Below are positions 48,001 to 58,495 of a DNA stretch of 64,000 bases, one piece after another. How positions within the stretch are numbered: the stretch's first letter is position 1; every line of letters starts with the position of its first letter. Origin of the DNA: Alphaproteobacteria bacterium (GTDB lineage: Bacteria; Pseudomonadota; Alphaproteobacteria; UBA828); NCBI GenBank assembly GCA_965237415.1, contig CBDEFM010000002.1, positions 3,392,001-3,456,000 of the forward strand, written 5' to 3'. The translations under genes were made by a program, and so were the position numbers. The notes under the pieces were generated by a model that searched no databases, was not told the origin of the DNA, and was given only the letters and a program-made list of their open reading frames with translations.

Positions 48001-50100
48001 ATGAGTTCCTCCATGCCCGCGCCCAACTCTAATCCTTCTGTTGCGGCTCGAAGACCCGTCACGGCAACGCTGCACGGCACCCAGCGCAGCGACGATTACG
48101 CCTGGCTCAAGGATCCCGACTGGCAGCGGGTCATGCGCGAGCCTGACGCGCTCGACCCCGAGATCCGCGCCTATCTGGAGGCCGAGAACGCCTATACGGA
48201 GGCCTTCCTCGCCCCCTTTGCGGCACTCAGGGAGGCGCTCTACGCCGAGATGCGCGGGCGCATGAAGGAGGACGAGTCGTCGGTGCCCGCGCCCGATAAG
48301 GATTGGGCCTACTACGTCCGCTTCGTCGAGGGCGGCGAGCATCCGCTCTACTGCCGCACCCCGCGCGACGACGAGGCGGCGGAGGTGCTGCTGCTGGACG
48401 GCAACCGCGAGGCCGAAGGGGAGTCGTATTTCAGGATCGGCGCCTGCCGGCACAGTCCCGATCACCGCCGTCTTGCCTACGCGCTCGACCTAAACGGCTC
48501 GGAGCGCTACCGGCTCTTCGTCCGCGATATCGAGAGCGGCGCCGTTATCGACGGGCCCATCGAGGATGCCCGTGGCGATGCCGTCTGGGCTGCCGACGGC
48601 GAGACCGTCTTCTACACCGTGATCGACGAGAACCAGCGCCCCTACCAGGTGCGCCGCCACCGGGTGGGTGCCTCGGGCGCGGACCCGGTGGTCTACGAGG
48701 AGTCCGACCCCGGCTTCTTCGTCGGCATCGACAAGACGGAGAGCGGGCGCTTCATCTTGGTCTCGGCGCACGACCACATGACCTCCGAGGCGCATCTGAT
48801 CGAGGCGGCCCAACCCGAGAGCGCACCCCGCCTCGTTGCCGCCCGTGCGCGCGGCGTCGAATACAGCGTGGCCCATCGCGGCGGGCTTCTCTACATCCTG
48901 ACCAACGCTGACGGTGCCACTGACTTCAAGATCGTCACCGCGCCGGTAGAGGCGCCGGCGCGGGAGGCGTCGCGGGACTGGCTACCGCACGAGGCTGGAA
49001 TTTACGTGCGCACTCAGCTCCTCTTCGCCGGCCATCACGCGCGGCTGGAGCGGGTCGGCGGCCTGCCGCGCATCGTCGTGACCGACCTGGAGAGCGGCGA
49101 GTCGCACACCATCGCCTTCGAGGAGGAGGCCTACGACCTCGCGCTTGCGCCCGGCTACGAGTTCGAGACCGAGACGCTCCGCTTCGTCTACAGCTCGATG
49201 ACGACGCCGCGCCAGACCTTCGACTACGACATGCGCGCCCGTACCCGCACGCTGCGCAAGACCCAGGAGGTGCCGAGCGGGCACGACCCCGCCGACTACG
49301 TCACCCAGCGGCTGACGGCCGTGAGCCATGACGGCGCCGAGGTGCCGGTCTCCCTCCTCCATCGCCGAACGACCCCGCTCGACGGCACGGCGCCGCTCCT
49401 CCTCTACGGTTACGGCGCCTACGGCCACGCAATCCCGGCCTCGTTCTCGACGAACCGGCTGAGTCTGGTCGATCGCGGCTTCGTCTACGCCATCGCCCAC
49501 GTCCGGGGCGGCTCGGACTGCGGCTATGGCTGGTATCTCGACGGCAAGCTGGAGCGTAAGACCAATACTTTTGCCGACTTCATCGCCGCCGCCGAGCATC
49601 TGATCGCCGAAGGCTACACGACGAAGGGGCAAATCGCGGCCCACGGCGGCAGCGCCGGAGGGATGCTGATGGGGGCGGCCGCCAACATGCGGCCCGATCT
49701 CTTCGCCGGCATCGTCGCCGAGGTGCCCTTCGTCGATGTCCTCAACACCATGTGCGACGCCGCCCTGCCGCTGACACCGCCGGAATGGCCGGAATGGGGC
49801 AACCCCATCGAGGATGCGGAGGCGTGCCAAACCATCGCCTCTTACGCGCCCTACGAGAACGTGACCACACAGGCCTATCCGGCAATCTTCGCGACGGCGG
49901 GGCTCACCGACCCGCGCGTGACCTACTGGGAGCCGGCCAAGTGGGTGGCGAAGCTGCGGCGGCTCAAGACCGACGACAACCCGCTGCTGCTCCATACCAA
50001 CATGGAGGCCGGCCACGGCGGCGCCTCCGGCCGCTTCCGTCGGTTGGTGGAGGTGGCGATGGCCTACGCCTTCGTGCTCGCCATCGCCGGGCGTGTGTGA
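48001..50100 (+). CDS. ptrB: Oligopeptidase B (S9A)
   Basis: DDYAWLKD, GGSAGG, DPRVTYWEPAKW, GHGG. Confidence 0.93.
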   Translation: MSSSMPAPNSNPSVAARRPVTATLHGTQRSDDYAWLKDPDWQRVMREPDALDPEIRAYLEAENAYTEAFLAPFAALREALYAEMRGRMKEDESSVPAPDKDWAYYVRFVEGGEHPLYCRTPRDDEAAEVLLLDGNREAEGESYFRIGACRHSPDHRRLAYALDLNGSERYRLFVRDIESGAVIDGPIEDARGDAVWAADGETVFYTVIDENQRPYQVRRHRVGASGADPVVYEESDPGFFVGIDKTESGRFILVSAHDHMTSEAHLIEAAQPESAPRLVAARARGVEYSVAHRGGLLYILTNADGATDFKIVTAPVEAPAREASRDWLPHEAGIYVRTQLLFAGHHARLERVGGLPRIVVTDLESGESHTIAFEEEAYDLALAPGYEFETETLRFVYSSMTTPRQTFDYDMRARTRTLRKTQEVPSGHDPADYVTQRLTAVSHDGAEVPVSLLHRRTTPLDGTAPLLLYGYGAYGHAIPASFSTNRLSLVDRGFVYAIAHVRGGSDCGYGWYLDGKLERKTNTFADFIAAAEHLIAEGYTTKGQIAAHGGSAGGMLMGAAANMRPDLFAGIVAEVPFVDVLNTMCDAALPLTPPEWPEWGNPIEDAEACQTIASYAPYENVTTQAYPAIFATAGLTDPRVTYWEPAKWVAKLRRLKTDDNPLLLHTNMEAGHGGASGRFRRLVEVAMAYAFVLAIAGRV

Positions 50101-50114
50101 AAGGGGAGCGCCTA

Positions 50115-51191
50115 TCACACCAGCGGGATCACCTCGCGGGCAAAGCGTTCCATCGAGCGCCGGCGGCTCGCGGCGGGGCGGCCGGGCTGCGCCGTGTTGA
50201 TGGCGAACTGGGTAACGCCGATCTCCCGATAGCGTCTTACCTGCGCCGCCACTTGCTCGGGCGTGCCGACAAGCTGGTGTTCGAGGAAGGGCGGCAGGTT
50301 GGCCGGATCGGCCATCGCCTCCATCCGCTCCATCTGCTGGACGTTGCGCTCGTAAGTGGGCACGTCCTTCCACGGGTTGGCATGGGTCTCGTAGTGGGCG
50401 ACCACCGCGCGGAAGAAGGCGGCGAGGTAGGTAATCGCCTCCTCTCTGGCGCGCGCCTCGCTGTCGGCGATGAAGCAGTGGATCCAGAGCGGGATGTTGG
50501 CGTCCACCCGCCTGCCCTTGGACCCCGTGATCGCCTTCCATGCCCTGATGGCATCGGCGTTCTGCTGGAAGGGCGAGGCCGAGGTGCAGAGCAGGCCGAG
50601 CCCCATCTCCGCCATGCGCTCGGCCGTGCCGGGATTGTTGCAGGCACCGTAGAGGTGGATGCGCTCCCGCACCGGCCCCGGACGGAGCGTCACCTCGCGC
50701 GGGATCGAGGCGTGCGTGCCCTCATAGCGGAAGGGCGCGCCGCTCAGCAGCCCCTCGGCAATCTCGTAATGCTCGCGAAAGAGGTCTCGGGAATGCGCCA
50801 TGTCGATGGCGCGCGCATCGTATTCGATGCGGGCCACGCCGCGCCCCAAGCCGAGATGCAGCTCGGCGTCGGTCATCAGGCTCAGCATCGCCACCTCTTC
50901 GGCAAAGCGCACCGGCTCATACCAGGGGAGCACGATGACCGCGGTGCCGAGGCCTAAGCCAGGACAGGCCGCTGCGACGTGGCTCAGGAAGAGGAGCGGC
51001 GAGGGCGAGGGGTAGTAGTCGGTAAAGTGGTGTTCCAGCACCCAGACGCTGCCGAAACCCAATGATTGCCCGTAGCGGCAGTCTGCCAGCATTTCGCGAT
51101 ATCGCTCGCGGTCGCCGGCAGCCCCCTCGCGCGCTGCGGGCATTACCGGGCCTACGGTGAAGCCGCAGGCCACGTCGGTGGGGTGCGTCAT
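50115..51191 (-). CDS. LLM class flavin-dependent oxidoreductase
   Basis: WVLEHHF, RFAEEVAML, LGLGRG, LVGTPEQV. Confidence 0.92.
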   Translation of the reverse strand: MTHPTDVACGFTVGPVMPAAREGAAGDRERYREMLADCRYGQSLGFGSVWVLEHHFTDYYPSPSPLLFLSHVAAACPGLGLGTAVIVLPWYEPVRFAEEVAMLSLMTDAELHLGLGRGVARIEYDARAIDMAHSRDLFREHYEIAEGLLSGAPFRYEGTHASIPREVTLRPGPVRERIHLYGACNNPGTAERMAEMGLGLLCTSASPFQQNADAIRAWKAITGSKGRRVDANIPLWIHCFIADSEARAREEAITYLAAFFRAVVAHYETHANPWKDVPTYERNVQQMERMEAMADPANLPPFLEHQLVGTPEQVAAQVRRYREIGVTQFAINTAQPGRPAASRRRSMERFAREVIPLV

Positions 51192-51347
51192 TGCCGAGTC
51201 CTAGCGGACCCGGCGCGGTGCTCGCAAGCAGGAGAGCCGTTGCCGGCGGGTGAGGAGGGGGCTTCGCGGGCTGCGAGCCCCCTCGGCCCCGATGCGACTC
51301 GCGCCCGGCAAAGGTCGTTTCGGGGCGGAATCGGCCGGGCTACCGTC

Positions 51348-51761
51348 TTAGAAGATGCCGTTGGCCTTCTGCAGTTCGCGCACGTAGCGGGTGATCTTGA
51401 TCGCGTCCTCGTCCGAGACGCCTTCGACGGGCGGCATGTTGCCGAAGGGCCAGTGATGGGCGCGGACGCCCTTCCGGACCGCGAGGCGGAACGACATATC
51501 GCCGTGGTGGTTCGGCTCGTAGATCCTGTGCACCAGCGGCGGACCCTGGTCCGAGCCGGTTGCGTGGCGGCCGTGGCAGGTCATGCAGCTCTCCTCGAAC
51601 AGCGCGTGGCCCGCCGTCGCCTCGGAGGAGAACGTCGGAATCGTGAGGGTCGCGGCCGCGTCACCGGAGTGTGCCGGCTCGTCGTCGAACCACTGCATCC
51701 ACCCGACCACGCCCACGACCACCGCAGCCGCGATCAGGACGATGTAGGCCTTGTTCATCAT
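51348..51761 (-). CDS. c-type cytochrome (copper-locus associated)
   Basis: N-terminal TM, CMTCH, IYEPNHH, AHHWPFGNMPP. Confidence 0.9.
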   Translation of the reverse strand: MMNKAYIVLIAAAVVVGVVGWMQWFDDEPAHSGDAAATLTIPTFSSEATAGHALFEESCMTCHGRHATGSDQGPPLVHRIYEPNHHGDMSFRLAVRKGVRAHHWPFGNMPPVEGVSDEDAIKITRYVRELQKANGIF

Positions 51762-51826
51762 TCTCTTAAGGTTGGTTCGCCCTCTGGAGGCAGACCCGCG
51801 AGGTCGCCGAGGACTGGGTCCTTTTT

Positions 51827-52231
51827 TCATTGTTCGCCTCCGGGAGACGGGCCCGCGAGGTCCTCGAGGATCGGGCAGTCGGGCCGCTCGTCGCCGTGGC
51901 AGCGCGCCACCAGGCTCCCCAGCGTGCCGCGCAACCCTTCTAGCTCCGCGATCTTGCGGTCGATCCGGCGAAGATGGGCCTCCGCCACAGCCTTGACGTT
52001 GGCGCTGGCGCGGCTGCGGTCCTCGTAGAGCGAGAGCAGCATGCGGCACTCATTGATCGAGAAGCCGAGGGAACGGGCGCGGGCGAGGAACCTCAGCTTG
52101 TGCACGTCGGCCCCGGCAAAATCGCGATATCCGTTCTCGCCCCGCCCCGGCCGGATGAGGCCGATGTCCTCGTAATAGCGGATCGTCTTCGCTGTCAGCC
52201 CGCTCGCTTCCGCGACATCGCCGATCTTCAT
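51827..52231 (-). CDS. cueR: Cu(I)-responsive MerR regulator
   Basis: MKIGDVA...TIRYYEDIGL, CHGDERPDCPIL. Confidence 0.95.
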   Translation of the reverse strand: MKIGDVAEASGLTAKTIRYYEDIGLIRPGRGENGYRDFAGADVHKLRFLARARSLGFSINECRMLLSLYEDRSRASANVKAVAEAHLRRIDRKIAELEGLRGTLGSLVARCHGDERPDCPILEDLAGPSPGGEQ

Positions 52232-52249
52232 GGCCACCTCCGCGATCCT

Positions 52250-52325
52250 CTCATAAAGGTTCCCATCACGGGAAGGTCAAGACTATGAGACCCCTTGACC
52301 TTCCAGTCACTGGAATTCCTACTTT
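52250..52325. promoter_or_regulatory. Back-to-back CueR-type promoters (19-bp spacers containing dyads)
   Basis: Plus: TTGACC-TTCCAGTCACTGGAATTCC-TACTTT. Minus: TTGACC-TTCCCGTGATGGGAACCTT-TATGAG. Confidence 0.85.
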
Positions 52326-52342
52326 ATAGTGAGGAGAGAGCC

Positions 52343-54664
52343 TTGAAGAGGCCAGCGGTGGACCCCCATACATCCGTCGAGCACGTGGCGCGCGACCCCG
52401 TCTGCGGCATGGCGGTGGAGCGCGCCGGCGCCCGTCACACGGCCCGGCACGAAGGGCAGACGTTCTACTTCTGCTGCGCCCGGTGCAGGGAGCGGTTTAC
52501 CGCCGCGCCGGACGAGTTCCTCGGCGACCGCCCGCAGACCCAGCCCGCGCCCGAGGGCAGCCTCTACACCTGCCCGATGGACCCCGAAATCGTGCAGGCC
52601 ACCCCAGGCGACTGCTCCATCTGCGGCATGGCGCTGGAGCCGATGATGCCTGCGGTCGATGCGGGACCTTCACCCGAGCTTCGCGACCTGCGCCGGCGGC
52701 TCTGGCTTGCCGCACCGCTCGCAGGCGCCGTGTTTGCGTTGGAAATGGGGAGCCACGCCGGCATTCCCTTCGACTTCTGGATCGGCCCGCGGCTCTTCAT
52801 CGCGCTGCAATGCCTGCTCGCAACGCCTGTGCTCTGGATCGCCCGCGCCTTCTTCCTGCGGGGTCTTGCGTCGGTGCGCAATCGCTCGCCCAACATGTGG
52901 ACCCTGATCGCGCTCGGCACGGGCGCGGCCTGGCTCTTCAGCCTCGCCGGTGTGATCGCACCGGGCGCCTTCCCCGCGACGGTCCTCGCCGCAGGCGGGC
53001 AGCCGCCGGCCTACTTCGAGGCGGCGGCGGTGATCCTCGTGCTCGTGCTGGTTGGGCAGGTCATGGAAACCGCAGCCCGTGAGCGGACGGGCGATGCCAT
53101 CCGCGCGCTCATGGGTCTCGCGCCGAAGACGGCACGCCGGTTGGGCGACGGCGGCGAGGCCGATGTGCCCCTCGACGCGGTCCGCCCCGGCGACCGGCTC
53201 CGCGTGCGGCCCGGCGAGAGCGTGCCCGTGGACGGCGTCGTGACCGAGGGCCGCGCCACGGTCGACGAGAGCATGATTACGGGCGAGCCCATGCCGGTGG
53301 AGAAGGCGCCGGGCGATCCGCTGACCGGCGGCACGCTCAACAAGTCCGGCAGTCTCGTCATGCGGGCGGAACGGGTCGGCGCGGAGACCACGCTCGCCCG
53401 CATCGTCGCCCTGGTGGCGAAGGCGCAGCGCAGCCGCGCGCCGATCCAGGCGCTCGCCGACCGGGTCGCCGGTGTCTTCGTGCCGGTCGTGGTCGCCATC
53501 GCCGTGCTCGCCGCTATCGGTTGGGTGGCGGCCGGACCGTCGCCTGCGTTGGCTTATGCGCTGAGCGCGGCGGTGAGCGTGCTGATCATCGCCTGCCCTT
53601 GCGCCCTCGGGCTGGCGACGCCCATGTCGATCATGGTGGCTGCCGGGCGCGGCGCCCAGGCGGGCGTGCTGGTGCGCGACGCCGAGGCCCTGGAGCGCCT
53701 CGCCAAGGCGGACCTGCTGGTCGTGGACAAGACCGGCACGCTGACCGAAGGGCGGCCAACCGTGACCGACGTCATCCCGTTGGGTGCCGCTGATCGAGAG
53801 CGCCTGCTTGCGCTCGCGGCGGCGCTGGAGCGGAGCACCCAGCACCCGCTCGCCGAAGCGGTCGTCGAGGCAGCCGAAGCGGCGGGCGCGCCGTACCTCG
53901 CAGCGAGCGACGCGGAGTCCCTGGCGGGCCGGGGCGTGCACGGCCGGGTAGCGGGCCACGCGGTTGCGCTTGGCAATGCTGCCATGATGCAGGCGCTCGG
54001 CATCCCGCTCGACGACCACGCGCACCGGGCGAATAGGCTTGAGGACGCCGGCAAGACGGCGATGTTCGTGGCGGTGGACGGCGTGCTCTCGGGCGTGATC
54101 GGGGTCGCCGACCGGGTGAGAGAGACCGCACCCGATGCCATGCGTGCCCTCGAGGCGATGGACCTCCGCGTCGTCATGGCCACCGGCGACAGCCCTCGCG
54201 TGGCCGGAATCGTCGCCGGCGCGCTCGGTATCGACGAGGTGCATGCCGCGCTCGGGCCGGAGGAGAAGGGCGCGCTCGTCGAGCAGTTCCGGCGTCAGGG
54301 CCGGACCGTCGCCATGGCCGGCGACGGAGTGAACGACGCGCCGGCACTCGCATTGGCCGACGTCGGCATCGCCATCGGTACCGGCGCCGACATCGCCATG
54401 GAGAGCGCGGGCATCACGCTGGTCAAGGGCGACCTCCGGGGCATCGTTCGCGCCCGCAGGCTGGCACAGGCGACCATGGGCAACGTGCGCCAGAACCTCT
54501 TCCTCGCCTTCGTCTATAACGCGCTCGCCATCCCCATCGCCGCGGGCGTGCTGTTCCCTCCGTTCGGCATTCTGCTCTCGCCCATGATCGCCGCCGCCGT
54601 GATGAGCCTCTCCTCGGTCTCGGTCATCGGCAATGCGCTCAGGCTCCGTGCGGCGCGCGTCTGA
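52343..54664 (+). CDS. copA: Cu(I)-translocating P1B ATPase with YHS domain
   Basis: DPVCGM, YTCPM, CPCALG, DKTGT, HP, GDGVND, YN/MSLSS. Confidence 0.95.
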   Translation: MKRPAVDPHTSVEHVARDPVCGMAVERAGARHTARHEGQTFYFCCARCRERFTAAPDEFLGDRPQTQPAPEGSLYTCPMDPEIVQATPGDCSICGMALEPMMPAVDAGPSPELRDLRRRLWLAAPLAGAVFALEMGSHAGIPFDFWIGPRLFIALQCLLATPVLWIARAFFLRGLASVRNRSPNMWTLIALGTGAAWLFSLAGVIAPGAFPATVLAAGGQPPAYFEAAAVILVLVLVGQVMETAARERTGDAIRALMGLAPKTARRLGDGGEADVPLDAVRPGDRLRVRPGESVPVDGVVTEGRATVDESMITGEPMPVEKAPGDPLTGGTLNKSGSLVMRAERVGAETTLARIVALVAKAQRSRAPIQALADRVAGVFVPVVVAIAVLAAIGWVAAGPSPALAYALSAAVSVLIIACPCALGLATPMSIMVAAGRGAQAGVLVRDAEALERLAKADLLVVDKTGTLTEGRPTVTDVIPLGAADRERLLALAAALERSTQHPLAEAVVEAAEAAGAPYLAASDAESLAGRGVHGRVAGHAVALGNAAMMQALGIPLDDHAHRANRLEDAGKTAMFVAVDGVLSGVIGVADRVRETAPDAMRALEAMDLRVVMATGDSPRVAGIVAGALGIDEVHAALGPEEKGALVEQFRRQGRTVAMAGDGVNDAPALALADVGIAIGTGADIAMESAGITLVKGDLRGIVRARRLAQATMGNVRQNLFLAFVYNALAIPIAAGVLFPPFGILLSPMIAAAVMSLSSVSVIGNALRLRAARV

Positions 54665-54671
54665 GAGCGCC

Positions 54672-55133
54672 GTGCGACGATCGGTACTCCCGATCGGCGC
54701 CGCGATAGCGGTCGTAGCCGGTTCGCTGTTGGCGGGGCCGCTTGTCTGGGCATCGGACGATTTCGCGCTCGGTGCCGCGCTCTACGCCGAACACTGCGCC
54801 TCGTGCCACGGCAAGAACCTCGAAGGCGCGCCGGACTGGCGAAGAGTGGGCGCCGACGGCCGCTATCCGGCACCGCCCCATGACGAGACGGGCCACACCT
54901 GGCACCACGGCGACCGGCTGCTGTTCGATTACACGAAGCTGGGCGGCGAGGCGACACTGGCCAATTACGGCGTCACCGATTTCGAGAGCGACATGCCCGG
55001 CTTCGGCCACATTCTCACCGACGACGAAATCCGCGATGTGCTCACCTTTATCAGGAGCACGTGGTCCGGCGCGGTGCGCCGTCACCAGGAGCAGATGACG
55101 CGGCAGGAAGCCGCGTCTCAACCCGGGGAATAG
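54672..55133 (+). CDS. c-type cytochrome
   Basis: Signal/TM segment, CASCH, APPHDETGHTWHH, MPGF. Confidence 0.9.
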   Translation: MRRSVLPIGAAIAVVAGSLLAGPLVWASDDFALGAALYAEHCASCHGKNLEGAPDWRRVGADGRYPAPPHDETGHTWHHGDRLLFDYTKLGGEATLANYGVTDFESDMPGFGHILTDDEIRDVLTFIRSTWSGAVRRHQEQMTRQEAASQPGE

Positions 55134-55141
55134 GAGCCGGC

Positions 55142-55585
55142 ATGGCGGATCGGCCCCCGCATCTGCGCTCTCGCGCGCTCTTCTACGCCGCCGCTCTGCT
55201 GTGGTTGCCGGCTGGCGTGGTGGCGACGGCAGTTGTCCGCTTCGGGCCCACCGCGGTAGTGCCGGGCGAGTGGCCAACGGCGATTGCAATGGCCGCGTCG
55301 TCGCTGATCGTGGCCGCCGTCTGCGGGTTTCCGCTTGCGTTCGCCTGTCGGCGGCTGGGGCGAATGGGTCATCCTCGTGCCGCTTGGATCGCGGGCGTTA
55401 TCCTCGGCGCCGCGACGGTGGCGGCGTCGCTCCCGGCCGGCTTGTTCGGCCCGCCCGGCATCGCCGTTGCGGCCCTGCTGCTGAGCCTGCCGGTCTGGAT
55501 CGCGGTGTTCTGGCTCGGCCGACGAGCGCGGAGGGGTGCCGATGCGGGGCGCCCGCCTCTGGACGGGCGGGATCGCCGTCCATAG
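55142..55585 (+). CDS. Hypothetical membrane protein
   Basis: Four hydrophobic segments, AGGAG RBS. Confidence 0.65.
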   Translation: MADRPPHLRSRALFYAAALLWLPAGVVATAVVRFGPTAVVPGEWPTAIAMAASSLIVAAVCGFPLAFACRRLGRMGHPRAAWIAGVILGAATVAASLPAGLFGPPGIAVAALLLSLPVWIAVFWLGRRARRGADAGRPPLDGRDRRP

Positions 55586-55641
55586 GCTGGCCGAGCGCCA
55601 CCAGACCACGCCACCGTGGCGCGTCCAGCTGTGGAGCGCCG

Positions 55642-56847
55642 ATGGAAACGGGGCCGGGGGTGGCGTTGCGCCCGTACTTTCCGCTCGTTGCGGGAGTTCT
55701 GATCAACCTCTCGATCGGGATCCTCTACGCATGGAGCGTCTTCGTGGCCCCGCTCGAAGCCGAGCTCGGCGCCGACCGCGCGACGGTGAGCGGCGCACAG
55801 TCGCTCTGCCTGTTCACCGCGACAATCGGCTGCTTCGTGATGCACCGGTTGCTGCACTGGTTCACGCTCCCGCAGCTCACCCTCGTCACGGGCGCGGTGA
55901 CGGCAGCCGGCCTCGCGCTTGCAGGCTTCGGCCAGTCGGTCGCGGCGCTCTATGTGGGCTACGGCGTGCTCTACGGCTTTGCCGCCGGCATCCTCTATTT
56001 CATCGCGATGACGGCGGCCAGCATCGACGGGCCGGTGAGACCCAGCATCGCCATGAGCATCAACATGTCGGCGGTCGCCGCCGGCGGCATCGCCTGGGCT
56101 CCCGGCCTGACCCTCGTAATCGACACGGTGGGGCCGGCCACGGCCTTTGGCATGGCTGCGGCGGTCGTTCTTGCGGCTACCGCGATCGGCGCGGCGCTCA
56201 TCGCGTCTTCTCGAAAGGAGCCGCCTGCGACCGGCGCGATCGGTCTTTTCCAGGACATGCTGACCGATCGACCCCGCGTGGTGATCGCGATCTTTCTGGG
56301 TTTCTTCTGTGTCGCCTTCACGGCGCTTGTGGTCATCGGCCACGCAGCAACGATGATGGCCGCATGGGGTGCGTCCGCGGGCGAGACCCAATTCGCGCCG
56401 ATGCTGAACAGCGCCGGCTATGTGGCCGGCGCTCTGGTCGGCGGTCTTCTCACCGATGTGCTGACAGGCCGGCGGGTGCTCACGGGCGTTGGGCTCGTCA
56501 TGGGGGTGTTCCTGCTGGGGCTCTACTTCGCCCCGGGAGTCGTCATGGGGCTTGCCGCCATCGCTGCGGTTGGCGTCGCCTTCGGCGTGCTTGCGAGCGC
56601 ACATCCCGTGACCGTCGCGGGCTACTACGGGACGGCGGCGCTGCCGCGGGTCTTCGGCCGCATCGCTCTCGCCTACGGGCTCGGCGGCCTGCTCGGGCCG
56701 TTTAGCGCCGGCGCCCTCTACGACGCCGATCACCATTACGGCACGGCGGTTATCCTGATCGCCGTTCTCGCCTTCGTGGGCGCGGCGTTCTATGCCGGTC
56801 TGCCCCACCAGGAGCGGCTCGGCGCATCGGCCAGACGGGCGGCGTAG
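55642..56847 (+). CDS. MFS transporter (OFA-like)
   Basis: GILYAWSVF, YVGYGVLYG, 12 TM pattern. Confidence 0.88.
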   Translation: METGPGVALRPYFPLVAGVLINLSIGILYAWSVFVAPLEAELGADRATVSGAQSLCLFTATIGCFVMHRLLHWFTLPQLTLVTGAVTAAGLALAGFGQSVAALYVGYGVLYGFAAGILYFIAMTAASIDGPVRPSIAMSINMSAVAAGGIAWAPGLTLVIDTVGPATAFGMAAAVVLAATAIGAALIASSRKEPPATGAIGLFQDMLTDRPRVVIAIFLGFFCVAFTALVVIGHAATMMAAWGASAGETQFAPMLNSAGYVAGALVGGLLTDVLTGRRVLTGVGLVMGVFLLGLYFAPGVVMGLAAIAAVGVAFGVLASAHPVTVAGYYGTAALPRVFGRIALAYGLGGLLGPFSAGALYDADHHYGTAVILIAVLAFVGAAFYAGLPHQERLGASARRAA

Positions 56848-56876
56848 GGCCGGACCGTCAGAGGGGGAGCAAGACC

Positions 56877-57704
56877 ATGCCGCATATCACGACGAATGAC
56901 GGGGTCCGCCTCAACTATGTCGAACGGGGCAGCGGCGCGCCCCTCGTCATGATCCCCGGCTGGTCGCAGACCGCCGCGCAGTTCGAGGCCCAGATCGAGG
57001 GGCTGTCGGCCAACCGCCGCGTCATCGCCTTCGACATGAGGGGACATGGCGACTCCGACAAGCCGGAGCACGGCTACAAGATTCAGCGCCTTGCCATGGA
57101 CGTACGCAACGCGATCGAGGCGCTCGGGCTGGAGCGAGTGAGCCTGCTCGGCCACTCCATGGGGTGCTCCGTGATCTGGTGCTACATCGACCTGTTCGGC
57201 GAAGCGGGGCTGGAGCGGCTCGTCCTCGTCGATCAGATGCCCAGCATTACCGCGCGGAGCGAATGGTCCGAGCAGGAGAAGCAGGACGCCGGCGCGATCT
57301 TCGATGGCGCGAGCCTCTACGAGACCATCGCCGCTCTCGCCGGAGCCGACGGTGTGGGGACCACGAAGGGCTTGATCAGCAGCATGTTCACCGGCACCTT
57401 TCCCGCCGAGCGGGTGGCGTGGGTCATCGAACAGAATCGCAAGATGCCGCGCCGCCACGCGGCCTCGCTCCTCCTCAATCACTCGACGCAGGACTGGCGC
57501 GACCTGATCCCCCGCATCACGCTCCCGACGCTCATCGTCGGCGGCCGCGCGAGCCTGATCGACTGGCGCTCGCAGGAATGGATGCACCGCCAGATCGCAG
57601 GCTCGCAGCTGGAGATCTTCGAGGAGGCCGACGGCGGCAATCACTTCATGTTTATGGAGAATCCCGAGCGCTTCAATCGCCTGGTGGATGCGTTCATGGG
57701 CTGA
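56877..57704 (+). CDS. Alpha/beta hydrolase (non-heme haloperoxidase-like)
   Basis: PGWSQ, DMRGHGDS, GHSMG, GNHFMF. Confidence 0.92.
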   Translation: MPHITTNDGVRLNYVERGSGAPLVMIPGWSQTAAQFEAQIEGLSANRRVIAFDMRGHGDSDKPEHGYKIQRLAMDVRNAIEALGLERVSLLGHSMGCSVIWCYIDLFGEAGLERLVLVDQMPSITARSEWSEQEKQDAGAIFDGASLYETIAALAGADGVGTTKGLISSMFTGTFPAERVAWVIEQNRKMPRRHAASLLLNHSTQDWRDLIPRITLPTLIVGGRASLIDWRSQEWMHRQIAGSQLEIFEEADGGNHFMFMENPERFNRLVDAFMG

Positions 57705-57707
57705 GCT

Positions 57708-58480
57708 TCAGCCAGGGCGCGCCGCCCTCGCATCCACGCGGATCGTGACGATATCGGTGTCGTGATACTGCTGGTGGTGGACCGAGGAGGCGAGGTGACG
57801 CAGGAGTCGTAGCGAAACCTCGCGTTCGGGTGCGTCGTCGGTCGCCGTCATGCCGCCGGCCGTCATGCCGTTCTCCAGGAGCCCGCCGGCGATGCCCGAG
57901 ACATGCTCGGGAAAGACCACACCGTTCTGGAAGCCGACCCCGATCCAGAAGGACACGCCGGCAATCAGACCCTTGCGGTAGTCGATCCCGTCCTGGATGA
58001 CGATCCTCTTGCCGACCACGAAGAGCAGCCCCAGCAGCACGGTGATGTAGGCCGCCGCAACCGGCCCCGGAATCGCCAGCACCACGGCGAGCGCCTTGGG
58101 AATGAACGCCACAACGACGAATGAGACCCCGAGCGCGATGCCCACACTACGGGCGCGGACCCCAGTGAGCGCGGTGACCGATATGCTGGTCGAATAGGTC
58201 GTGTTCGGCACCGTCCCCATCAGGCCGGAGAACAGGTTGCCCACGCCGTCTGCGCTCACCGCCCCTTGCACGGCCCGAAAGTCCACCGCCCGCGGCTTGC
58301 GCCAGGAGACGCGCTGGATCGCGATGCCGTCGCCCACCGTCTCGATGGCGCCGACCAGAGTCACGAACACGAACGCCGGCAGCAGGCCCCAGAAGACCGG
58401 CCCGAAGTCGAGGTCGAAGCCCGGCCATCCGCCCTCGGGCAGGCCGACCCACGACGCCGCGGCGATGAGGTGCGGTGCTC
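57708..58480 (-). pseudogene. Second NCS2-fusion permease, 5'-truncated with an internal in-frame deletion
   Basis: Homologous to 23750-25495 (AVDFRAVQGA, NGMTAG, SLRLLRHLASSV.H..YH..DIVT); about 100 aa of the tail missing. Confidence 0.85.
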
Positions 58481-58495
58481 CGTGCTCCGGCGACG

